The notes under the pieces are model-generated. The model was not told where the DNA came from. It ran no database searches and worked only from the letters and a program-made list of their open reading frames with translations. Both the position numbers and the translations under genes were made by a program. From Cyanophyceae cyanobacterium (lineage in GTDB: Bacteria > Cyanobacteriota > Cyanobacteriia > Cyanobacteriales > JBHJGN01): DNA of 64,000 nt. Shown here one piece after another: positions 56,741 to 64,000 of the stretch (positions are counted from its first letter, which is position 1; every line of letters starts with the position of its first letter). The DNA lies in contig JBHJGN010000019.1 in assembly GCA_050331735.1 (NCBI GenBank), forward strand, positions 1 to 64,000, written 5' to 3'.

Positions 56741-58405
56741 ATGATTCTGCCTCAGTTTTTAGCCTGTCGTCAGTCTCGTGCTCAACTATTTTGGTTGGCT
56801 CTGAGTTTGTCTGTAGCCGCAGCCTATAGCGTTTTTGCTCTTCAGGAGGCATTTAGTAGTGAATGGGTCGTTCAAGACGATGCGCGACAGCACGTGTTTT
56901 GGATGCTGCGGTTTACCAATTCGGAGCTGTTTCCTGACGATTTTATTGCCAATTATTTTCAAACTGTAGCCCCAGCGGGATATCAGTGGCTGTATCGAGG
57001 GGCGATCGCTCTGGGGTTCGATCCGTTTGTGTTCAATAAATTGCTGCCTGTCGGCTTAAATCTGATCGCGGCTGGCTACTGCTTTGGAACCTGCTTGCAG
57101 ATCTTTCCCGTTCCCGCCGCCGCTTTCACCGCCACTCTGCTGCTCTCGCAAAGTTTGGGCTTGACAGATGCCGTTGTTTCTGGGACGCCAAAGGCGTTTA
57201 TCTACCCGCTCTTTTTAGCGTTTCTCTACTATCTGCTGCGGCGTTCCCTGTGGCCCTGCTTAGGCGCGATCGCGCTATTGGGGCTGTTCTATCCGCAGAT
57301 GGTGTTACTGGCTGCCGCTATTTTAACGCTCCGGTTGGTATGGCGCTCCCATCGCCAGGATTGGGTAATGAGCGTGGCGGGGTTAGCCGTAGCGTTTCTC
57401 GTGCTGCTGCCCTATGCCCTCAAAACCCATCAGTTTGAACCCGTAATTTCCGTTGCTCAGGCCAGGAGTCTGCCGGAATTTCTACCGGGGGGGCGATCGC
57501 GGTTTTTTTATGACAACGATCCGGCCAAGTTTTGGCTGCGGGGACGCGGCGGGGTTCGGCTGCCGTCGATTTTAACGCCTGTGACGAATGCAACAGGGTT
57601 TCTGCTGCTGGTGCTGCCGCAATTTCCGCAGCGGTTTCCGATTGTGCGGCAGTTACAGGCAAAGATTCTGCTGCAAATCGTGGTGGCTTCTGTGGGGATG
57701 TTTTTTGCTGCCCATGCCCTGCTGTTTAGGCTGCATTTACCGTCCCGCTACACAGAACATAGCCTCCGCATGGTGATGAGCATTGCATCAGGGATTGTGT
57801 TGGTGATTTTGATTGAGTCTCTATGGCGCTGGGCGAAGCCTGGGGGGCGAGCGCTGCTGGCTGGGTGCGCCACAATCGTAATGGCGATCGCGCTGGCTGG
57901 CTATCCTCGCTTTGTCGAGAAGTTCCCCGTCACCGCTTATCGAGTGGGAGAAGCCCCGGCGCTGTACGAATTTTTCCAGCAGCAGCCTCCAGACAGCCTG
58001 ATTGCTTCTCTGACTGATGAGGGCAATAATCTGCCCACCTTTGCCAGACGTTCTATTTTAGTTGGCAGCGAATACGCAATTCCCTATCACTGGGGCTACT
58101 ACCGACCGTTTCGAGAACGAGTGCTGAATTTAATGGCCGCTCAGTATAGCCCCAACCTTCAGGTGGTGCGAGACGTGATTCAAAAATACGGCATTGACTT
58201 TTGGCTACTAAAACCTAGCGATTTCACCCCAGAAGCACTGGCAGACGATCCGTGGCTGATGCAGTATCAGCCAGCGGCGAACGAGGCAATTTCTCATCTT
58301 CAATCAGGAGTCCCTGCCATTTTGAAGACAATTCCTCACTGTACGGTTTTTCAATCGAAAGATTTAGTCGTCCTAGACGCAAACTGTATTCGCACAGCTA
58401 ATTGA
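56741..58405 (+). CDS. Polytopic membrane protein (possibly GT-C glycosyltransferase-like)
   Basis: Many TM helices, acidic first-loop motif QDDARQHVFW, soluble C-terminal domain. Confidence 0.65.
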   Translation: MILPQFLACRQSRAQLFWLALSLSVAAAYSVFALQEAFSSEWVVQDDARQHVFWMLRFTNSELFPDDFIANYFQTVAPAGYQWLYRGAIALGFDPFVFNKLLPVGLNLIAAGYCFGTCLQIFPVPAAAFTATLLLSQSLGLTDAVVSGTPKAFIYPLFLAFLYYLLRRSLWPCLGAIALLGLFYPQMVLLAAAILTLRLVWRSHRQDWVMSVAGLAVAFLVLLPYALKTHQFEPVISVAQARSLPEFLPGGRSRFFYDNDPAKFWLRGRGGVRLPSILTPVTNATGFLLLVLPQFPQRFPIVRQLQAKILLQIVVASVGMFFAAHALLFRLHLPSRYTEHSLRMVMSIASGIVLVILIESLWRWAKPGGRALLAGCATIVMAIALAGYPRFVEKFPVTAYRVGEAPALYEFFQQQPPDSLIASLTDEGNNLPTFARRSILVGSEYAIPYHWGYYRPFRERVLNLMAAQYSPNLQVVRDVIQKYGIDFWLLKPSDFTPEALADDPWLMQYQPAANEAISHLQSGVPAILKTIPHCTVFQSKDLVVLDANCIRTAN

Positions 58406-58410
58406 ATGCC

Positions 58411-60012
58411 CTAACTATTCGCGGCGAGTACTTCCTGAGCAAGGTTGCTGAAGTAAGTTTTGAGATCTTTCCAGGAAAGACTGGTCGAAACCATGCCGAT
58501 GTAGTTATCGGGTCTTAGCAAGACCTGGAACGGTTGGCTTAAGCCAAAAAGCTCGACAACGCGCGGGTAAAGCGGAATAACCGTATAGTCGAGCCAATGG
58601 CCGTATTCCTGGTTAAGCTTTGGCTGTAATTCTTGAACGCTGTGTTCACCGTCGGTAAATATCAGCAGGTGGAATTTGGGAGCGCGGAGCGAGTCGTATA
58701 CACTAGCGCCATTGACCAAAAAGTACGGCATTCTGTCCCCGGCCTTAACCTCAAAATGGCGATGGCGCAGCCTCTCGGCACGAGAGCCCTGATGCTGGCT
58801 TAAAGAGCTGTGGCGGTAGTTCAGGCCGATTTCAGACACCAGCTCGAAGAGAAACTCTCTGGCCCCATCAAAGCGCGTCACTACGCTGGCCAGACTCGGC
58901 AAAACCGTGTCGCGGAACAACCGGAAATACCACTGGTGGCCTGCTGCCACATCAAAAAACTGATCTGTTGACCGCAAAAGCTGTTTGGCGTTTGCTAAAC
59001 GTTCCTCATTGTACGTATCGAGAAGTGAAGTCTTCGCCTTGCCGTGCAGCACAAATGCCAGCTTCCAGGCTAGGTTATAGGCATCCTGAATCCCGGTGTT
59101 CATGCCCTGTCCGCCCGCAGGAGTATGAATGTGGGCGGCATCGCCAGCCAGAAAGCATCTGCCAACAGAAAATGGTTCTGCATGACGAGTATGTACTTTG
59201 TAGCTGGAAAACCAGCGCACCGTCAGAATCTCCAGTGGACGCATGACCAACTGCTTGACCTTATGTTCAATGTCAGCAAAGGTCACGTCTGGCTCGTCCC
59301 AGTCGTTATATTCAGGCATGTTGCCGATTAGCCTCCAGTGCTTCTTGCCCTGCATCGGAACCATCAGCACAAAGGAGTTCTGGGCCAACGGAGCGTAAAA
59401 GGTAGCTTCGTCTGCGGGAAACTCCATCTCTACGTCTGCCACATAAAACAGGCGCGGGTAAGTCGAGCCTTCAAACGGAAGACCGAGAAAATGCCGCGTC
59501 GGACTGCTTGCGCCGTCACAGCCCACTAGGTAGCGGGCTTCAACCGTATTTGTTTCGCCGTTTGCGGCTTTAAGAACCGCCTTAACACCATCGGCATTTT
59601 GCTCTACGTTTCCCACTTCAGTCTGCCACCGCACCTCTTGCCCGTGGTGTTGGAGATACTCGTACAGAAGACACTCGTTCTTACTTTGTTCAAAGACGAG
59701 CATATACGGAAATGGGCTGAGCTGAGCGCCAAAGTCAGAAAAATCGAGGCGACCAGTAATTTTGCCTTCATGCATCAAAGCACCTTTTTGGACAATCTCG
59801 CCCCCGGCAACAGCTTGCTGAGCTAGACCAACCTGCTCGTAAATCTCCAGAGTACGCGCGTGAACGACCAAAGCCTTTGACAGGTCTGTAATTCCTTCTT
59901 TGCGATCGATGATTACAAAATCAATACCGTAGCGGATGAGCTGGACAGCTAGCGAGAGTCCGGTCGGTCCGGCCCCGATAATAATTACATCTGTTTTGAG
60001 CGTTGTTTTCAT
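58411..60012 (-). CDS. FAD-dependent monooxygenase (aromatic hydroxylase family)
   Basis: GAGPTGL, GCDGASS, GDAAHIHTPAGGQGMNTGIQDA, LLRPD. Confidence 0.93.
   Translation of the reverse strand: MKTTLKTDVIIIGAGPTGLSLAVQLIRYGIDFVIIDRKEGITDLSKALVVHARTLEIYEQVGLAQQAVAGGEIVQKGALMHEGKITGRLDFSDFGAQLSPFPYMLVFEQSKNECLLYEYLQHHGQEVRWQTEVGNVEQNADGVKAVLKAANGETNTVEARYLVGCDGASSPTRHFLGLPFEGSTYPRLFYVADVEMEFPADEATFYAPLAQNSFVLMVPMQGKKHWRLIGNMPEYNDWDEPDVTFADIEHKVKQLVMRPLEILTVRWFSSYKVHTRHAEPFSVGRCFLAGDAAHIHTPAGGQGMNTGIQDAYNLAWKLAFVLHGKAKTSLLDTYNEERLANAKQLLRSTDQFFDVAAGHQWYFRLFRDTVLPSLASVVTRFDGAREFLFELVSEIGLNYRHSSLSQHQGSRAERLRHRHFEVKAGDRMPYFLVNGASVYDSLRAPKFHLLIFTDGEHSVQELQPKLNQEYGHWLDYTVIPLYPRVVELFGLSQPFQVLLRPDNYIGMVSTSLSWKDLKTYFSNLAQEVLAANS
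58759..58787. mobile_element. SDR5-like net 21-nt insertion splitting a HIP1 site inside a CDS
   Basis: GCGAT-[GGCGCAGCCTCTCGGCACGAGA]-GC spans 29 nt versus 8 nt for GCGATCGC; two mini-hairpins. Confidence 0.7.
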
Positions 60013-60082
60013 AAGTTCACCTCTAGCAATTTCAGCCGTCGCCAGTAGTTAGCAGTCGCGACGGAATAATTCTATTAATTCT

Positions 60083-60110
60083 ATAATACTGAACTGTTCA
60101 GTTTAGTCAA
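60083..60110 (-). promoter_or_regulatory. Monooxygenase promoter with a palindromic operator in the spacer
   Basis: Minus strand TTGACT-N16-TATTAT; ACTGAAC-t-GTTCAGT at 60088-60102. Confidence 0.65.
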
Positions 60111-60335
60111 GCGGAGAAGCATAAGGTATTGATGGAGCTATCTCGGTAGGAAAGTTCAGAACAACTCGTTGGACTGACAAAAATCCTCAGAAAGTTTTAC
60201 AGTAATCGGTATTTGGGAAAGTAGTGAAGCAGTTTAGCAACTGTTCTTAACTAACAAAGCTTGAAAAGCTGGCTATGTAGTTCCAGACGGCGGCGCTATC
60301 TTTCCCCATCATTAAAATTCCTGTTTGAGAGCCAA

Positions 60336-61874
60336 ATGTTCAATCGTCCTCTACCGTCAAGACAACGAAGCATGATTATTGTGCTTATTCTCGTTGGGAT
60401 TTTCTTCCGCTTCTATAACCTAGAGCGCAAGGTATACTGGTACGACGAGACGATGACCTCGCTACGGATTTCCGGTCATACCCAGTCAGAATTGGTCGAA
60501 CAGGTTTTTGATGGACGTACCATCAGCGTTGAGGAATTACTGCATTATCAGTATCCCAACCGAGTCAAAGGTTTGCATGATACTCTCGATGCCCTAGCAG
60601 GTAATCCTGAACATTCGCCGCTGTATTATTTGATGGCGAGGGGATGGCTACAGATTTTCGGGAATTCTGTCACCACCATCAGAGTTTTATCGGCTCTCAT
60701 TAGTTTACTGGTCTTGCCCTGCATCTACTGGCTGTGTTTAGAACTATTTGGTTCGTCATTGGTCGGTTGGGTGGCAACAGCACTGATTGCCATTTCCCCG
60801 TTTCATATTCTCTATGCCCAAGAAGCGCGAGAGTACAGTCTGTGGACGGTCACGATTCTCTTTTCCGGTGCTGCGCTTCTGTGGACCAGGGGACGCAAAG
60901 ATTGGTTAAGCTGGGGCGTTTACAGCGTTAGCGTCGCTTTGGGGCTGTACGTCCACCCGTTTTCTGGGTTTGTCAGCGTTGGACACGGAATTTATATCTT
61001 AATGAGCGAAAGATGCCGCTGGAGTCAACGAGTGCAGGCTTACTTCCTGTCTTCGTTCGTGGGGGTGTTACTCTTTGTTCCTTGGCTGTGGATTGTGATC
61101 GCCCGCTTCTCGGATTTCCTGGCTAACACAGACTCGGTTAATCGCACTCGCTCAGGCTTCCTGCCCCTGTTTTGGGGACTCAATTTGAGCCGAATCTTCA
61201 TCGATTTCAATCAAGGAACGAGTCCGTTGAGTCCCCTACACTATCTTTGTGCTGCTTTAGCCGGATACGCGCTTTACTATCTCTGTCGTCACGCTTCTCC
61301 CTCTACCTGGGTGTTCGTGATTACCTCGGTCGGCGTGACAGGAATTGCTCTGATTGCCCCCGATATTATTTTAGGGGGTCGTCGTTCCAGCATCACTCGC
61401 TACGCCATTCCCTGCTACCTGGGGATTCAAATCGCTGTCGCCTACTTGCTGACAATGAAGCTGAGCCTTAAACGACCCTCTCAGCAGCGTCAGCGCTGGA
61501 GAGGTGTGGCGATCGCCTTAATTTTCAGCGGGGTGTTATCCGCTATCGTTAGCTCGCAAATTCCGGTATGGTGGCACAAAAGCTATGCCAAAAGTCGCTA
61601 TAATCCGCCCATTGCTCGCACCTTCAACAGCGCCATCGAGCCTTTAGTCATTAGCAATGAAATCCCCGGTCGAGTGCTCTCCTTAGCGCATCTTCTCAAC
61701 CCGCAGGTTCATTTGCAGTTAGTGACGGCTTCTGACACTCCCACAATCGATAGCAACTTCAAAACAGTGTTTCTCTATCGTCCCTCAGATACTCTACTGC
61801 AAGCATTGCAGAAAAAACACCGCTTTGAAAAGATTCAGCCCTGGGTTTGGCAGCTTACAGACAACGATCATTAG
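60336..61874 (+). CDS. Glycosyltransferase family 39 (PMT-like) membrane protein
   Basis: KVYWYDE, EHSPLYY, SPFHILYAQEAREYSL; start uncertain. Confidence 0.88.
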   Translation: MFNRPLPSRQRSMIIVLILVGIFFRFYNLERKVYWYDETMTSLRISGHTQSELVEQVFDGRTISVEELLHYQYPNRVKGLHDTLDALAGNPEHSPLYYLMARGWLQIFGNSVTTIRVLSALISLLVLPCIYWLCLELFGSSLVGWVATALIAISPFHILYAQEAREYSLWTVTILFSGAALLWTRGRKDWLSWGVYSVSVALGLYVHPFSGFVSVGHGIYILMSERCRWSQRVQAYFLSSFVGVLLFVPWLWIVIARFSDFLANTDSVNRTRSGFLPLFWGLNLSRIFIDFNQGTSPLSPLHYLCAALAGYALYYLCRHASPSTWVFVITSVGVTGIALIAPDIILGGRRSSITRYAIPCYLGIQIAVAYLLTMKLSLKRPSQQRQRWRGVAIALIFSGVLSAIVSSQIPVWWHKSYAKSRYNPPIARTFNSAIEPLVISNEIPGRVLSLAHLLNPQVHLQLVTASDTPTIDSNFKTVFLYRPSDTLLQALQKKHRFEKIQPWVWQLTDNDH

Positions 61875-61932
61875 TTAAGTTATTCGTCATCAGTGAATCA
61901 CTTTGTCCCAAGGACAAATGAAGAACAAAAAA

Positions 61933-62313
61933 CTAATTTGCACCACCTTGGAGAATGCGTTGAGGAGTAATCCCCTTTGCTTCTAAACAGTTTTCAAACT
62001 CAATTTCCGCTTCGCTCAGCTTATAGTCATCTTTAATATCCAACGTTCTCTCGATCTGGTCGTTCTTCATCTCCGCCATAGCGCGAGCGAATCGATCTGA
62101 ACGATCCTTATTTTTGAGCGTTAGCTGATCGGGTAAACAATCAGCAAAGGCTTCAAACCGTTCGTTCTTCTCCTGAGAACGAGGCACAAGGGGCATCGCT
62201 TCTTTGCCAATGGTGTACTGAGCAGACGTACCAGGCAAACTGAGAACCCAAATCACCCCTGCCAGCAGACCACTTAAAATAATGCCTAGCAGAATCAATA
62301 ATCTTTTATTCAT
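61933..62313 (-). CDS. Hypothetical protein with N-terminal anchor/signal
   Basis: 126-aa ATG ORF, hydrophobic N-terminus, two Cys. Confidence 0.6.
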   Translation of the reverse strand: MNKRLLILLGIILSGLLAGVIWVLSLPGTSAQYTIGKEAMPLVPRSQEKNERFEAFADCLPDQLTLKNKDRSDRFARAMAEMKNDQIERTLDIKDDYKLSEAEIEFENCLEAKGITPQRILQGGAN

Positions 62314-62494
62314 CGGGCAGTTTTATTTGTAAATTGTACTGACTTGAGAGATTTACTAATATTCTAGTTTCTTGTTGAGGGTTGATTGTTGATGGGGAGC
62401 TAAATTGCTAAATGATTTATTTGGATTGGTTGAAGCATTACTTTCTGAGTGCTGCGGCGCTTTATAATGGTCGAGTTCTTCATCATTTTATTAA

Positions 62495-63250
62495 TTGTTG
62501 TCCTCTCTTGTGTATCAATATCCGCCGCTGATTCCCGGGACTTTAGTAAAACGCTACAAGCGTTTCTTTGCCGATATTGAACTAGCTTCTGGAGAAGTGA
62601 TTACTGCTCACTGCCCGAATACGGGTCCAATGACCAAGATTTGTCTTCCCGGCAATCCGGTACAGGTTTCTCGCAGTGATAATCCAAAGCGCAAGCTGTC
62701 CTACACGTGGGAGATGATTCAGGTCAACGATAATGAGCCAACTTGGGTGGGAGTGAATACCGGGTTGCCGAATCGAGTAATTAAACTGGCGCTAGAAAAA
62801 CAACTGTTGCCAGAGTTGACTGGATACAGCCAGATTCGTCCCGAGTTTCCCTACGGACAGAACAAAAAAAGCCGCGTTGACTTTCTGCTGACGCATCCAG
62901 AAACACCGCCACTCTACATAGAAGTTAAAAGCACGACTTTAGTCCAGGGAAACGTTGCCCTGTTTCCCGATACCGTCACCACCCGAGGACAAAAACATTT
63001 ACAGGAGTTGCGGCTGCTGTTGCCGAAGGCGCGCTCGGTAATGCTGTATTTTATCAATCGCGCTGACTGTCCTTACTTTGCCCCGGGAGACAGTTTTGAT
63101 GCGGCCTACGGTCAACTGCTGCGGGAAGCCGTTGTCGCTGGGGTAGAGGTTTTGCCCTATCGGTTTGAAATTTCTCCGGCGGGTATCCGCTATCTGGGGT
63201 TAGCAGAATTTCTGCCGCAGCAACCCGCCGAAGGCAGTGGAACCTGCTAA
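62495..63250 (+). CDS. sfsA: DNA/RNA nuclease SfsA
   Basis: KRYKRFFAD, AHCPNTG, IEVKS, FPDTVTTRGQKHL. Confidence 0.95.
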   Translation: MLSSLVYQYPPLIPGTLVKRYKRFFADIELASGEVITAHCPNTGPMTKICLPGNPVQVSRSDNPKRKLSYTWEMIQVNDNEPTWVGVNTGLPNRVIKLALEKQLLPELTGYSQIRPEFPYGQNKKSRVDFLLTHPETPPLYIEVKSTTLVQGNVALFPDTVTTRGQKHLQELRLLLPKARSVMLYFINRADCPYFAPGDSFDAAYGQLLREAVVAGVEVLPYRFEISPAGIRYLGLAEFLPQQPAEGSGTC

Positions 63251-63293
63251 CCTATAAGCGAGCCTCTATCGGCACACTCAACAAACAGCCATT

Positions 63294-64000
63294 GTGGATT
63301 TACAGCACGTTATTATTGCCTACAAAGCCGGACACTCCGAAAGCCAAGCGTGGGCCGAAAAATGCGCCCGACAGCTCGAAGCCCGTCAGTGTCAGGTGCT
63401 GATGGGACCGAGCGGCTTTAAAGATAACCCCTATCCGGTCTTTTTAGCTTCTGCCTTTACCAAAATCGATCTTGCCGTTGTCCTAGGCGGTGATGGCACC
63501 GTGCTCGCGGCAACGCGGCATTTAGCTCCTGCTGGCGTACCGCTGCTGGCCGTGAACGTTGGCGGTCATTTAGGCTTTCTCACCGAACCCTTTGAAGCAT
63601 TTCAGGATACCGAGAAGGTGTGGGAGCGACTACAGGCTGACCGCTACGCGGTGCAGCGACGGATGATGCTAGAAGCACAGCTCTTTGAGGGAGAACGACA
63701 TCATCCCGAAACGGCCAGCGATCGCTATTTTTGCCTCAACGAAATGGGCGTTAAACCAGCTAGCGTGGATCGGATGCCCACTTCAATTTTAGAAATGGAG
63801 GTCGATGGAGAAATTGTCGATCAGTACAGTGGGGATGGTCTGCTGGTCGCCACTCCCACCGGGTCAACCGGCTACACGGCTTCGGCCAGCGGCCCCATTT
63901 TGCATCCCGGCATGGAGGCGATCGCCGTTACGCCGATTTGTCCGCTCAGTCTTTCTAGCCGTCCGATCGTCTTGCCTCCGCGCAGCGTCGTTAATATTTG
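63294..64000 (+). CDS. nadK: NAD(+) kinase (partial, runs off the window)
   Basis: Hand translation from GTG 63294: MDLQHVIIAYKAG...VLGGDGT...GHLGFL...LNE...GDGLLVATPTGSTGY. Confidence 0.93.
   Translation, partial: MDLQHVIIAYKAGHSESQAWAEKCARQLEARQCQVLMGPSGFKDNPYPVFLASAFTKIDLAVVLGGDGTVLAATRHLAPAGVPLLAVNVGGHLGFLTEPFEAFQDTEKVWERLQADRYAVQRRMMLEAQLFEGERHHPETASDRYFCLNEMGVKPASVDRMPTSILEMEVDGEIVDQYSGDGLLVATPTGSTGYTASASGPILHPGMEAIAVTPICPLSLSSRPIVLPPRSVVNI

Overview
A cyanobacterial chromosomal segment (frequent HIP1 GCGATCGC octamers; photosynthesis genes), mostly core genome: ndhD2-like, chlB, formamidase, wecB, pilT-like, queA, ftsW, apcE-apcABC, the atp1-atpIHGFDAC operon, recQ, petL, aroB, TRAP dctQM, rnc, psaAB, sfsA and a partial NAD kinase. 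I saw no rRNA, tRNA or CRISPR array. Features that stand out: (1) a kaiB3-kaiC3-hybrid histidine kinase cluster with no kaiA3, whose KaiC3 has Ala at the position equivalent to S. elongatus KaiC E487; (2) three related ~215-230 bp intergenic repeats built from GGGGAAA-type heptamers studded with mini-hairpins, one carrying a nested 24-nt element; (3) a net 21-nt in-frame insertion into a HIP1 site inside a monooxygenase gene; (4) a pseudogene whose frame is restored by removing a 148-bp MITE and a 29-bp duplication; (5) the start of an IS607-family element at the left edge; (6) an LRAT-domain protein with a PspA/Vipp1-like tail. All family assignments come from motif recognition and remembered sequences; no searches were run.
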